Below, piece by piece: positions 1-9,309 of a stretch of DNA of 64,000 bases. The position numbers and the translations under genes are program-made. The notes under the pieces were generated by a model that worked only from the letters and a program-made list of their open reading frames with translations, did no database searches and was not told the DNA's origin. Where the stretch lies: contig JAVBMV010000005.1 of assembly GCA_031552145.1 (NCBI GenBank), positions 3,869-67,868 on the forward strand, given 5' to 3'. Position 1 is the stretch's first letter. Each line of letters opens with the position of its first letter. Source of the DNA: Myxococcales bacterium. GTDB lineage: Bacteria > Myxococcota > Myxococcia > Myxococcales > UBA5297.

Positions 1-736
1 TGACGAGGTCATTCATGGCCACCTCGGCGCCGTTGATGCGCAGGGAGCCCTTCATCGCGAGCAGCGCCGCGTTCTGCTGCTCGGGAATTGGGATGAGGAG
101 CTTGCCGCCCGCGTTGAGTCGAATGTCGAAGAGGTCGACGGGCGTGTAGGTCTTCGCGGGCCCCTGAACCCCTTGGAAGGAGCCGGCGATGACGCGCACG
201 CTGCCTTGCCCTTCCGGCAGAGCCACCACGGCGATCTGAGCCGCGGTGATGGGCTGATAGTGGGGCGCATCCATCTCGTGTTTCGCCGGCAGGTTCACCC
301 AGAGCTGCGCCATGTGGAAGGGGCCGCCCCGCTTTGCCCAGGAGGCCTCGTGATACTCCTTGTGGAGGATGCCCGACGCCGCGGTCATCCACTGCACATC
401 GCCCGGGCCGATGACGCCGCCGGCCCCCGTGCTGTCATGGTGGGCGACGTTTCCCTGCCAGGAGATGGTGACCGTCTCGAAGCCTCTGTGGGGGTGCACG
501 CCAACGCCCCGCGGCTGCTCCGTGGGCGGGTATTGGTAGGTGGGGTGGTAGTCGAGCAGCAGGAAGGGGTCGAGCTTCTTCGCGGCCCCCTGGATTCCCT
601 CGAAGTAGCCGGCCACTCGGAAGCCGTCGCCCACCCAGTGGAGCGCTGGCGCTCCATAGATCCCCTCGATTCTCCGCAGGCGTGCCCCTGGGGCAGTCGA
701 GGCGCCGGAGCGCTCCATCGTCGTCGTGTCGGTCAT
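1..736 (-). CDS. Pirin family protein (partial; 3' end lies beyond the left window edge)
   Basis: My own minus-strand translation from ATG 736..734 gives MTDTTTMERSGAS...HWVGDGFRVAGYF...FLLLDYHP...PRGVGVHPHRGFETVTISWQGNVAHHDSTG...VQWMTAASGILHKEYH. It stays open to nt 2. The HPHRGFETVT cupin metal motif is typical of pirins. It is missing from the ORF track because it is edge-truncated. Track ORFs 9..392(-), 173..859(+) and 385..657(-) are other-frame shadows. Confidence 0.85.
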   Translation of the reverse strand, partial: MTDTTTMERSGASTAPGARLRRIEGIYGAPALHWVGDGFRVAGYFEGIQGAAKKLDPFLLLDYHPTYQYPPTEQPRGVGVHPHRGFETVTISWQGNVAHHDSTGAGGVIGPGDVQWMTAASGILHKEYHEASWAKRGGPFHMAQLWVNLPAKHEMDAPHYQPITAAQIAVVALPEGQGSVRVIAGSFQGVQGPAKTYTPVDLFDIRLNAGGKLLIPIPEQQNAALLAMKGSLRINGAEVAMNDLV

Positions 737-834
737 GTGAGCCTCCTCGTGGTTCGCTCGTTCCGTCGCACCCTTACGATGCGGCCAGCGACCCAAAGAT
801 GCGGCAGAGGTGCGCGCGGGGTAGAGTCCGCGCC

Positions 835-2040
835 ATGCGATATCTCCTGCCCGCGCTGATCATGACGACGTTGCTCGCCGCCATCCATACCTATCTCTGG
901 CATCGGCTCTTCAAAGCGCCTGCCTGGGGATGGCACTGGTCCCTGATTGGAGCGATCGTCCTCTCGCTATTGGCGCTCTCCGTGGTCGCGGCCATGGTGC
1001 TCCAGTTCGCGGAGGGCTTCCCCGAGGGCGCCGCGCGCCTCGTCGCGACCGTCGCCTTCGTCTGGATGGGCGCGCTCCTCCTCTTCGCCGTCTCGGTGGG
1101 GGCGGCCGACCTGCTGCGCTGGTTGGTCCATCTGTGCCTCGGCGAGAGGGCGGGCTCGCCGATCATGTGGACGCGCGGCGCGGCGCTGGTCGGCGCGCTC
1201 TCGGCCAGCGCGCTCTCGATTGTGGCGCTCATCGGGGCGAGTTCGCCGGCCCTCAAACGAATCGATATTCCCGTCACGGGACTTCCGGCGTCGCTCAGGG
1301 GTTTCACCATCCTTCAGCTCTCCGACCTCCATGTCTCGTCGATTACGCGACGCGAATGGGTCAGCGCCGTCGTGGAGAGAGCGAACGCGCTGAACCCAGA
1401 CATCGTCGCGATTACGGGCGACCTGGTGGATGGCTCCGTGGAGAAGCTGGCCCACGATGTGGCGCCTTTGGCCGGGCTCAAGTCCAGGTTGGGTGTCTAT
1501 TTCACCACGGGAAACCACGAATACTATTCGGGGGCGGGGGAATGGCTGCGCCACCTGCCGACGCTCGGGATCAGGACGCTGCAGAACGAACTCGTGGAGC
1601 TCGAGGGGTTGCCGATCGACCTCGTCGGTATTCCGGATGCGACCGGGGCCTCCACCTCCTTCACCGATGCCGGCCCCGGGCCCGATCTGGCCAAGGCCAT
1701 GGCGCGGCACCAGCAGGGGAGGGTGGCGGTGCTAATGGCGCATCAGCCCACGCAGTGTCGGGGAGAGGCCATGCGCGAGGTCGATCTGGCCCTCTCCGGG
1801 CATACACATGGCGGCCAGATCTGGCCCTTCATGTATCTGGTGAAGTTGCAGCAGCCCTTCGTCTCTGGCCTCTATCGACTCGCCAATCGGAGCTGGCTCT
1901 ATGTCTCCAATGGCACGGGGACCTGGGGGCCGCCCATGCGCCTGGGGGCGCCGAGTGAGCTGACGCTGCTGACGCTAGTGGAAGGCGGGGACGGGACCGG
2001 TACAGAGGGTGAGGGGCTCACCCGCGCCCCCGGTCGCTGA
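835..2040 (+). CDS. Membrane-anchored metallophosphoesterase (calcineurin-like, YkuE/YaeI-like)
   Basis: A hydrophobic N-terminus (MRYLLPALIMTTLLAAIHTYLW..., several TM-like stretches) is followed by phosphoesterase motifs LSDLHVS, ITGDLVDG, GNHEYY and SGHTHGGQ. I chose the start at ATG 835 rather than the track start 682. Confidence 0.85.
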   Translation: MRYLLPALIMTTLLAAIHTYLWHRLFKAPAWGWHWSLIGAIVLSLLALSVVAAMVLQFAEGFPEGAARLVATVAFVWMGALLLFAVSVGAADLLRWLVHLCLGERAGSPIMWTRGAALVGALSASALSIVALIGASSPALKRIDIPVTGLPASLRGFTILQLSDLHVSSITRREWVSAVVERANALNPDIVAITGDLVDGSVEKLAHDVAPLAGLKSRLGVYFTTGNHEYYSGAGEWLRHLPTLGIRTLQNELVELEGLPIDLVGIPDATGASTSFTDAGPGPDLAKAMARHQQGRVAVLMAHQPTQCRGEAMREVDLALSGHTHGGQIWPFMYLVKLQQPFVSGLYRLANRSWLYVSNGTGTWGPPMRLGAPSELTLLTLVEGGDGTGTEGEGLTRAPGR

Positions 2041-2251
2041 GGCCAATGGGGCAATGTGTCGATTTTAGAGTCTTGCAATTGACGCTCGCCGTGCGGCGTT
2101 AGAACGTCAGCCCTCGGGCATCATCGACCAAGGGCGCAGCAAGCAGCGCCCTACATCCGCGCATGCGCATTTGGCGTTGTGTTGCGCTACTCCTGCCGGC
2201 CGCGCCGTTGGGTCCGGGACCCTAAAACATACAAAAAAGGCGAGCAGTAGT

Positions 2252-3352
2252 TTACCCCCTCTTCCGATAGCTCAAAACCGCCCAGCCATTGAAGAAGAGC
2301 GCGAACCCGGCCAGCGCCGCCAGGTGCGCGCCGAGTTCATTCGGCCCGCTCCCCTTCAGATAGACCTGCCGCATGACGAGGATGAAGTACTTCAACGGGC
2401 TGATGTCGCTGAGCCGCTGCGCCCAGTAGGGCATGCTCGCCACGGGCGTGTAGAGGCCGCTCATGAAGATGAGGGAGAGCACGAAGAAGAACATCATGAA
2501 CATGGCCTGCTGCACGGTCCGGGCATAGTTGGAGATGACGAGCCCCAGGCCCGAGATGGCCAGCAGATAGATGCCCGCGAAGAGGTAGAGGGTGGCGACG
2601 CTGCCCGCGGGCGCGAGGCCATGGAAGAGCCTCGCTGCCGCCATGGCGACGGTAAGGGCGACGAACCCCACGACCCAATAGGGGATGAGCTTCGAGAGGA
2701 TGAAGGTGCTTCGCTTCAGGGGCGTGACATTCAGCTGCTCGATGGTCCCTTTTTCCTTCTCGCTCACGATGTTGAGCGCGGGCAAAAAGCCGCAGAGCAT
2801 GGTGAGCATCATCACCATGATGGCGGGGATCATGAAGACGCGATAGACGAGGTGCGGGTTGTAGAGATACCGGGGGAGGATCTCCAGCTTGGGAGGGGAG
2901 GCAATGCCGCGCTCCTGCGCCAGCTCGGCGGCGAAGGAGAGGACGATTCCGCTCAGGTAGTTCGAGCCGAGACCGCCGCGCGTCCCATTTACGGTGTTGG
3001 CCGCGATGAGCAGCGGAGCGCTCCCCTCGGAGAGGAGCTGCCGCTCGAACTTGGCCGGGATCTCCAGGATCAGGTCGGCCCTGTCGGCCTCGATGCTCTC
3101 CAGCGCCTCCGAGTAGGTCGCGGCGCTCTCCGCGAGACGGAAGTAGCCCGAGGCGACAGCCTTCTCGATGAGCCTACGGGAGGTGGTGCTGTGGTCCAGA
3201 TCCACGACGGCGAGGCTCAGATTCCGAATGTCGAAGTTGGCCACCAGCGGAAAGATGGAGAGGGTAACGAAGGGAAAGAGCAGGATGAACTTGGGTAGAA
3301 ACTTGTTCCGCAGGAGCTGCTTGAACTCTTTCTCGAGAAGGCATCCGAGCAT
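2252..3352 (-). CDS. ABC-2 type transporter permease (YbhR-like)
   Basis: The polytopic protein starts MLGCLLEKEFKQLLRNKFLPKF (typical ABC-2 N-terminus). It has a large extracytoplasmic loop and then 5 TM segments. The ATG at 3352 lies 2 nt after the stop (3355) of the upstream permease gene. Confidence 0.85.
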   Translation of the reverse strand: MLGCLLEKEFKQLLRNKFLPKFILLFPFVTLSIFPLVANFDIRNLSLAVVDLDHSTTSRRLIEKAVASGYFRLAESAATYSEALESIEADRADLILEIPAKFERQLLSEGSAPLLIAANTVNGTRGGLGSNYLSGIVLSFAAELAQERGIASPPKLEILPRYLYNPHLVYRVFMIPAIMVMMLTMLCGFLPALNIVSEKEKGTIEQLNVTPLKRSTFILSKLIPYWVVGFVALTVAMAAARLFHGLAPAGSVATLYLFAGIYLLAISGLGLVISNYARTVQQAMFMMFFFVLSLIFMSGLYTPVASMPYWAQRLSDISPLKYFILVMRQVYLKGSGPNELGAHLAALAGFALFFNGWAVLSYRKRG

Positions 3353-3354
3353 GG

Positions 3355-4407
3355 TCACTCCAGGCGCACCTTCTGCTTCTTCAGCGCGACGGCCATCAGG
3401 AAGAGCCCCATCGCTCCCAAGACGGCGAGCTCCTGGACGACGGCCGAGAAGCCCAGCCCCTTCAGCATGATCTTCTTCACGGCCGGGATGAACCACTTGG
3501 CGGGCACGAGCTGGGCCAGTAGCCGCAGCGGGAGGGGCATGTTTTCGATCGGGAACATCATGCCCGAGAGCATCACCACCGGCATCATCAGCGCCATGCC
3601 CGAGATGAGCAGCGCCACCACCTGCGAGCCCACCACCGTCGAGATGAGCAGCCCGAGCGCCAGCGAGAGAAAGATGTAGATCGCGCAGAGCATGAGGAGG
3701 CAGGGGAGGCTCCCCGCGATGGGGACGCCCAGCACGTAGACGGAGAGCAGCAGGATCAGCGCCAGATCGAGCACCGAGAGGAGAAAGTAGGGGACCGTCT
3801 TCGCGAGGATGATCTTGATGGGGCGCAGCGGGGAGACGAGGAGCAGCTCCATGGTGCCGAGCTCCTTCTCGCGCGCGATGGAGATGGAGGTCATCATGGC
3901 GCAGACGAGCATCAGGACCATGCCCATCACCCCGGGGACGAAGTTGTAGGCCCCCTTCATCCCGGGGTTGTAGAGCAGCTTCAGCTCGGTCCGGATGGGC
4001 GGCACCGTCCCTTCGCCACTCGAGATGATGGCGCTGGCATACTGGACCAGCGTCTGGGCGGTGTTGGGATCGGAGCCGTCGGCGACGAGCTCCAGCGCAC
4101 TCTCTCCAAAGAGCAGTGCGAGGCTGATCTCGCCGCTCTCGAAGGCGGGCTCGAGCTCCGAGGGAGCCTTCAGGTTTCGCGCGAAGATGAAATAGGGGTT
4201 GCTCGCGAGGCGCTCCGCGAGCTGGCGCGTCTGTTGCGTGTTGATGGGGTCGTAGATGGCGAAGCGGCTGTTCTTCACCTCGGTGGTCAGCGCAAAGCCA
4301 AACATCACCAGCATCACCACCGGCAGGCAGAAGACGATGAGCAACGTCATCGGATCGCGGACGATGTGCCAGAACTCTTTCTTGATGAAGGAGAGGAGCT
4401 GATTCAT
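3355..4407 (-). CDS. ABC-2 type transporter permease (YbhS-like)
   Basis: It starts MNQLLSFIKKEFWHIVRDPMTLLIVF and has the same topology as its neighbour. The start ATG 4407 overlaps the stop of the upstream ATPase gene (ATGA, 4404..4407). Confidence 0.85.
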   Translation of the reverse strand: MNQLLSFIKKEFWHIVRDPMTLLIVFCLPVVMLVMFGFALTTEVKNSRFAIYDPINTQQTRQLAERLASNPYFIFARNLKAPSELEPAFESGEISLALLFGESALELVADGSDPNTAQTLVQYASAIISSGEGTVPPIRTELKLLYNPGMKGAYNFVPGVMGMVLMLVCAMMTSISIAREKELGTMELLLVSPLRPIKIILAKTVPYFLLSVLDLALILLLSVYVLGVPIAGSLPCLLMLCAIYIFLSLALGLLISTVVGSQVVALLISGMALMMPVVMLSGMMFPIENMPLPLRLLAQLVPAKWFIPAVKKIMLKGLGFSAVVQELAVLGAMGLFLMAVALKKQKVRLE

Positions 4408-5123
4408 GGCCGCGCGAACCTGAGAAAGAGGTCGTGCATGGAGCCCACCTCGTACTGTGCCTTCAGGGCGCGCGGCGTGCCGAGCGCGGCGATCTTTCCG
4501 TCGACCATGATGCTGACGCGGTCGCAATACTCCGCCTCGTCCATGTAGTGCGTCGTGACGAAGACGGTGATCCCGCGGTCGGCCGCGCCGTAGATCTGCT
4601 CCCAGAACTGGCGGCGAGTGAGCGGATCGACCCCTCCGGTCGGCTCGTCGAGGAAGACGATGAGCGGCTCGTGGAGGATGGCCACGGCGAAGGCCAGTTT
4701 CTGCTTCCAGCCGAGCGGCAGCTCGCGCACGCGGGTGCGCCGTTCGCCCTGGAGCCCGATCCGCGACAGCAGCGCGTCGGTTTTGCGCGAGAGCTCTCGA
4801 GCGGGGACCGAGTAGATCCCGGCGTAGAGGCGGATGTTTTCCCAGACCTCTAGGTCTTCGTAGAGCGCGAACTTCTGGCTCATGTAGCCGATGGCGGCCT
4901 TCACGCGCTCCGCCTCACGCGCGACGTCGAGCCCCGCGACGAAGGCGCGCCCGGCAGTGGGCTTGGAGAGGCCGCAGAGCATGCGCATCGCCGTCGACTT
5001 GCCGGCGCCATTCGCGCCGAGGAAGCCGAAGATCTCGCCGCGCACCACCTCGAAGGAGATGGCGTCCACGGCGGTGAAGCGCCCGAAGCGCTTGGTGAGC
5101 CCTTCGGCGGCGATGGCGCTCAT
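4404..5123 (-). CDS. ABC transporter ATP-binding protein (second half of a split YbhF-like ATPase)
   Basis: Walker A GANGAGKST, Walker B IVFLDEPT and a degenerate signature LPLGWKQKL. There is a 4-nt ATGA overlap with the upstream ATPase gene at 5120..5123. Confidence 0.9.
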   Translation of the reverse strand: MSAIAAEGLTKRFGRFTAVDAISFEVVRGEIFGFLGANGAGKSTAMRMLCGLSKPTAGRAFVAGLDVAREAERVKAAIGYMSQKFALYEDLEVWENIRLYAGIYSVPARELSRKTDALLSRIGLQGERRTRVRELPLGWKQKLAFAVAILHEPLIVFLDEPTGGVDPLTRRQFWEQIYGAADRGITVFVTTHYMDEAEYCDRVSIMVDGKIAALGTPRALKAQYEVGSMHDLFLRFARP

Positions 5124-6010
5124 GAGGCGAGCTCCATGAAGCAGTCCTCGATGCTCGGCTCGATGGCGTGGATCTCGACGTCGGTATGGCCCCGCTCGAC
5201 CAGATAGGCGGCGAGCGCCTCGGGCGAGAGCGCCGTGGTCACGTGGTGCGTGTCGCCGAAGGCGAAGCTGCTGAGCACCTCTGGGTGGCTTCTCAGGTCG
5301 CCCAGCGCGCGCGACATCTTCGCCGCGCGCACCGCGAGGAGCGGACGCCCGAACCTCTGCACGATCGCCTCGGGGCGATCGACCTGGAGGAACCGCCCTC
5401 GCTGGATGAGCGCGACGCGATCGCAGAGCGTCGCCTCGTCCATGTAGGGAGTGGAGACCAGGATGGTGAGCCCCTCGCGCCTGAGCCGCAGGAGCATCTC
5501 CCAGAACTCGCGGCGCGAGACGGGATCGACGCCGGTGGTGGGCTCGTCCAGGAAGAGCAGCCTGGGCCTATGGATGAGCGCGCAACAGAGGGCCAGCTTC
5601 TGCTTCATTCCGCCGGAGAGGGCACCCGCGCGGCGCTGCTTGAAGGGCTCGATCTGTCGGTAGATGTCGTCGACCAGGGCGCGGTTCTCCTCGACGGAGA
5701 CGCCGAAGACGGAGGCGAAGAAGGTGAGGTTCTCCTCCACCGAGAGGTCCTGGTAGAGCGAGAAGCGCCCCGGCATGTAGCCCACGCGCGCCCGGATGGC
5801 GCGGAAGTCGCGTACCAGGTCGAGCCCGTCGAGCGTCGCTCCGCCACTATCGGGCAGGAGCAGTGTGGCGAGGATGCGGAAGAGGGTGCTCTTCCCCGCC
5901 CCATCGGGTCCGATGAGGCCGAAGAGCTCTCCCTCGGCCACCTCGAACGAGAGCCCGTCGATCGCCTGGACGCTCTTGTAGCGCTTGGCCAACTCCCGGG
6001 CGGCGAGCAT
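5120..6010 (-). CDS. ABC transporter ATP-binding protein (first half of a split YbhF-like ATPase)
   Basis: Walker A GPDGAGKST, signature LSGGMKQKL and Walker B LLFLDEPT. The start lies 2 nt downstream of the HlyD-family gene stop. Confidence 0.9.
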   Translation of the reverse strand: MLAARELAKRYKSVQAIDGLSFEVAEGELFGLIGPDGAGKSTLFRILATLLLPDSGGATLDGLDLVRDFRAIRARVGYMPGRFSLYQDLSVEENLTFFASVFGVSVEENRALVDDIYRQIEPFKQRRAGALSGGMKQKLALCCALIHRPRLLFLDEPTTGVDPVSRREFWEMLLRLRREGLTILVSTPYMDEATLCDRVALIQRGRFLQVDRPEAIVQRFGRPLLAVRAAKMSRALGDLRSHPEVLSSFAFGDTHHVTTALSPEALAAYLVERGHTDVEIHAIEPSIEDCFMELAS

Positions 6011-6012
6011 CG

Positions 6013-6927
6013 TCAGCGTGCCTCGTCCGAGGTGGGGGCGGCGGGGATGAGGCCATACATGCCCAGCTTGAGGTAGCCGTCATTCTTCACCGCTATCTTT
6101 ACGGCGTAGACGAGGTTGGCCCGCTCATCCTGCGTCTGGATCGAGCGCGGTGTGAACTCGGCCCTGTCGGCGATCCAAGCGATGGTGCCGCGATAGGGGC
6201 GGTTCTCGGCCGTACCGAAGTCGGCCTCGACCGGGACCTCCTGCCCCAGGCGGAGCTGCTGGAGCTGCTCCGAGGTGATGTAGGCGCGCAGGAAGAGCCT
6301 CTCCATGTCGGCGAGCTTGTAGAGCGGCCGCCCGAGGGTCGCCACCTCTCCCGCCTCCGCATATTTGGCGAGGATCGTCCCGCTGATGGGGGAGGTAATC
6401 GAGCAGCGCGCGAGCTGATCGTCGAGCTGTTCCAGCCGGTGGGAGAGGGAGCGTCCCTCCTCGTCGAGCCCCTGGTTCGCGCTCTTGTGCGTCGAGCTCG
6501 CTGCCGCGAGCTGCCGCTCGAGCAGCCGGACCTGCGCGTCGATGTCATCCACCTGCTTGCTCGTGGCCGCGCCGTTGGCCATGAGCTGCGCGACGCGCGC
6601 CTGCTCGTGCTTCGCGGCGGCGAGCTGTTGCCGGATCACCGCGAGCTGCAGGGGGATGTCGATCTTGCGGACGCGGAGCGCCTCGGCGCTCGCGGCGAGC
6701 TGCGCGCGCTGCAGCGAGAGCTGGCGGCAGTCGATCTCGCCCAGCACCTCGCCGGCCGAGACCCGATCTCCTTCCTCATGGGCGAGCGAGAGCAGCTTGC
6801 CGGGCACCTCCGAGGAGAGGAGCACCTCGGTCGCCTCGAAGACGCCCGTCGCGACGAAGGGGCGCTCCTTCGTGCTGCAAGCAAAGAGCGGCAGCGCCGT
6901 CAGGAGGAGCAGGGACTTGGCCTTCAT
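6013..6927 (-). CDS. HlyD-family periplasmic adaptor lipoprotein (YbhG-like)
   Basis: Signal peptide with lipobox (MKAKSLLLLTALPLFAC). It has a biotinyl/lipoyl-like hairpin plus a long coiled-coil segment (LSLQRAQLAASAEALRVRK...QLAAAKHEQ) and a C-terminal beta-barrel region. It is the first gene of the 5-gene efflux operon. Confidence 0.85.
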   Translation of the reverse strand: MKAKSLLLLTALPLFACSTKERPFVATGVFEATEVLLSSEVPGKLLSLAHEEGDRVSAGEVLGEIDCRQLSLQRAQLAASAEALRVRKIDIPLQLAVIRQQLAAAKHEQARVAQLMANGAATSKQVDDIDAQVRLLERQLAAASSTHKSANQGLDEEGRSLSHRLEQLDDQLARCSITSPISGTILAKYAEAGEVATLGRPLYKLADMERLFLRAYITSEQLQQLRLGQEVPVEADFGTAENRPYRGTIAWIADRAEFTPRSIQTQDERANLVYAVKIAVKNDGYLKLGMYGLIPAAPTSDEAR

Positions 6928-6965
6928 GGCTTCCCTCGGGAGAGGAGTGGGCGGCAGCGGGTTGC

Positions 6966-6994
6966 CTTACCGGAGAAGGTAAGTTAGTACTTAC
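6966..6994. promoter_or_regulatory. Putative TetR operator: three GTAAG/CTTAC half-sites forming two overlapping palindromes
   Basis: CTTACC(6966-6971)-n6-GGTAAG(6978-6983) and GTAAGT(6979-6984)-tagt-ACTTAC(6989-6994). It sits in an AT-rich patch of the 106-bp divergent region between the HlyD-family gene and the TetR gene. Confidence 0.5.
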
Positions 6995-7033
6995 TGTAGC
7001 TGGCTCGCTGCGGGAGTCAAGCGGGAGTCGAAC

Positions 7034-7639
7034 ATGGGCGGAAAGAGCTCGACCAGGGAGCGCATCTTGGCGGCGGCGCTGGAGCGCTTCGCCGAGAAGG
7101 GGTTCGCCTCTACCTCGACAGCGGAGATCGCGGCGGCGGCGGAGGTGGCCGAGAAGACGCTCTTCGCTCACTTTGGCACCAAGCGAGCGCTCTTCAACGC
7201 GACGCTCAGCCCAGCGGTGCTCGTGCTGGTGGAGCCGCGGATCTTCTCGGGCGTTCTGGAGGCGGCGCGCTCCGGCACCTCGCTGCGCCAGCTGCTCGAG
7301 TCGCTCATCACCGATCGCCTCGGTGTGCTGAGGAGGCACCCCAAGGCCGTAAAGTTGGTGCTGCAAGAGCTGATCCTCATGCCCGAGCTGCGCGAGCGCT
7401 TCGCCAAGACCGCGCGCGAGCAGGTCTTCCCCACCGTCCTGGGCGCGCTCGCCGAGCTGCAGGCGCGCGGTGAGGTGAGGAGCGACTTGCCCCTGCCGGT
7501 CGTGCTGCGCACGATCGTTTCGACCATCGCCGGATACCTCCTCGGGCGCGACCTCTTCGGGGTAGGGGGCAGGAGCAGGGCGGTGGAGAAGCGCGACGTC
7601 GCGCAGCTGGTCGATCTGCTGATGCGTGCGCTCCAGTGA
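7034..7639 (+). CDS. TetR/AcrR family transcriptional regulator (CecR/YbiH-like position)
   Basis: N-terminal HTH RILAAALERFAEKGFASTSTAEIAAAAEVAEKTLFAHFGTKRALF. It is divergent from the efflux operon. Confidence 0.9.
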   Translation: MGGKSSTRERILAAALERFAEKGFASTSTAEIAAAAEVAEKTLFAHFGTKRALFNATLSPAVLVLVEPRIFSGVLEAARSGTSLRQLLESLITDRLGVLRRHPKAVKLVLQELILMPELRERFAKTAREQVFPTVLGALAELQARGEVRSDLPLPVVLRTIVSTIAGYLLGRDLFGVGGRSRAVEKRDVAQLVDLLMRALQ

Positions 7640-7800
7640 GCCTCCGGGTTGCATCGAAGTGCGCGGCGCCCTATCTTCCTTGCCGCGCGGCGCCCCGGCG
7701 CCGCGACCTCATGACCCTCTAGAACCCACAAGAGATCCTCTCGTTTCCCTCGGCGCGCCGCATCGCATCGGTGTGCCCTCTCTCTTCGTTCGGAGCGGTA

Positions 7801-9297
7801 ATGCCTTCCGCCACACTGCGCTTTTCGCGCCTCTCCTTCGCCTTTCGCGAGGCGGCGCCCATACTCACTGAAGTCTCATTTCACCTCGTCGACGGCTGGA
7901 CTGGCCTGGTCGGCGAGAACGGCGCGGGCAAGAGCACCTTGCTGCGGCTCATCACTGGTGAGCTGGTGCCCGACTCGGGCTCCCTCGAGCGACTGCCGGC
8001 CACCGCCTCCGTGGCGCTCTGCCAGCAGGAGCTGCCCGAGCCGACCGCCGAGCTTCACCGGCTCGATGAGCGCCAGGATGGCGAGGCCGAGCGCGCGAAG
8101 GGAATGCTCGGACTGCACGCGCTGCCGCTCTCGCGCTGGAGCAGCCTCTCGCCGGGAGAGCGCAAGCGCTGGCAGCTCGCCGCGACGCTCGCGCTGGAGC
8201 CCGCGATCCTGCTGCTCGACGAGCCGACCAATCATGTGGATCGGGAGACGAAGGAGCTGCTGCTCTCCGCGCTGCGCCGCTTCCGCGGCTTGGGGGTCGT
8301 CGTCTCGCACGACCGAGCCTTTCTGGAGGCGCTCACCTCGCGGACCCTGAGGCTCGCGCGGGGAGGCGCGCGCCTCTACGACGCTTCCTATGGAGCGGCC
8401 AAGGAGCAGTGGGAGCAGGAGCTCAGGGGCGCCTGGCAGGAGCGAAGCGCGGCGCAGCAGGAGGCGCGGCGCGCCGCCGAGAAGCTCGCCGAGGCGAGGA
8501 GGGTGCGCGAGTCGGCGGAGCGTTCCATGAGCGGCAAGAAGCGGGATCCCAAGGATCGCGACGCGCGCACCCTTGTCGCCAAGACCCGCCGGAGTTGGGC
8601 GGAGGCGCGCATGGGCGGCAATGTGCATCGAGATAGGGCCGCCGCCGAGCGGGCGGAGCGGGCGATCCCGGAGGTGCCGGAGCAGCTTGAGGCGGGCGGC
8701 TCGATCTTCATGGACTACCTGCGCGCCCCGAAACCGCTGCTGCTCTCGCTCGAGTGCGAGCGCCTCATGGCGGGAGAGACGCAGGTGCTGGAGCAGGTAA
8801 GGGCCTACGTCAAGCGAGAGGCGCGCATCCGGCTCGAGGGGGTCAACGGCGCGGGCAAGACGACGCTGCTGCGGGCGATGCTGAGCGCCTCGACGCTGCC
8901 AGAGGAGCGGATCCTCTACCTGCCACAGGAGCTGGAGCCCGAGGCCGGGGCCGAACTCTTGGCCGAGATCAGGGCGTTGGAGCCCCTCTCTCGCGGGAGA
9001 GTGCTCAGCCTCCTCGCGCGCCTGGGCAGCGATCCGGCGCGGGTCATGGCCTCGAGCGCGCCCTCTCCCGGTGAAGCACGCAAACTGGCGCTGGCGCTCG
9101 GGCTGGGGCGCCACTCTTGGCTGCTTTTGCTCGACGAGCCGACCAACCACCTCGATCTACCGACGGTCGAGAGATTGGAGCGGGCGCTGGAGGAGTACCC
9201 GGGGGCGCTCCTCTTCGTCAGCCACGACGAGGCCTTCGGCGCGCGCGCCGCCCAGACGACGTGGCGCATCGAAGAGGGGCGCCTGCGCGAGGTCTAG
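7801..9297 (+). CDS. ABC-F family ATPase (two NBDs, no TM domain)
   Basis: Two Walker A sites (GENGAGKST, GVNGAGKTT) and two Walker B sites (LLLDEPTNHVD, LLLDEPTNHLD). They are separated by a charged R/E/A-rich linker. ATG 7801 is preceded by GGAG; the track start 7771 is a GTG further upstream. Confidence 0.85.
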   Translation: MPSATLRFSRLSFAFREAAPILTEVSFHLVDGWTGLVGENGAGKSTLLRLITGELVPDSGSLERLPATASVALCQQELPEPTAELHRLDERQDGEAERAKGMLGLHALPLSRWSSLSPGERKRWQLAATLALEPAILLLDEPTNHVDRETKELLLSALRRFRGLGVVVSHDRAFLEALTSRTLRLARGGARLYDASYGAAKEQWEQELRGAWQERSAAQQEARRAAEKLAEARRVRESAERSMSGKKRDPKDRDARTLVAKTRRSWAEARMGGNVHRDRAAAERAERAIPEVPEQLEAGGSIFMDYLRAPKPLLLSLECERLMAGETQVLEQVRAYVKREARIRLEGVNGAGKTTLLRAMLSASTLPEERILYLPQELEPEAGAELLAEIRALEPLSRGRVLSLLARLGSDPARVMASSAPSPGEARKLALALGLGRHSWLLLLDEPTNHLDLPTVERLERALEEYPGALLFVSHDEAFGARAAQTTWRIEEGRLREV

Positions 9298-9309
9298 GGC
9301 GGGCGCGGC

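Noticed and set aside
173-859. 228-aa plus-strand ORF, and 9..392(-) and 385..657(-), overlapping the left end of the window.
   Set aside because: The products are Arg/Gly/His-rich and low-complexity, with no motifs. The same DNA encodes, in another minus frame, a clean pirin sequence. These are typical GC-rich shadow ORFs.
6776-9150. Long antisense ORFs 6776..7654(-), 7168..7731(-) and 7876..9150(-) opposite the TetR and ABC-F genes.
   Set aside because: The products are Arg/Pro/Leu/Gln-rich with no domain signatures. The sense strands carry unambiguous HTH and Walker motifs.
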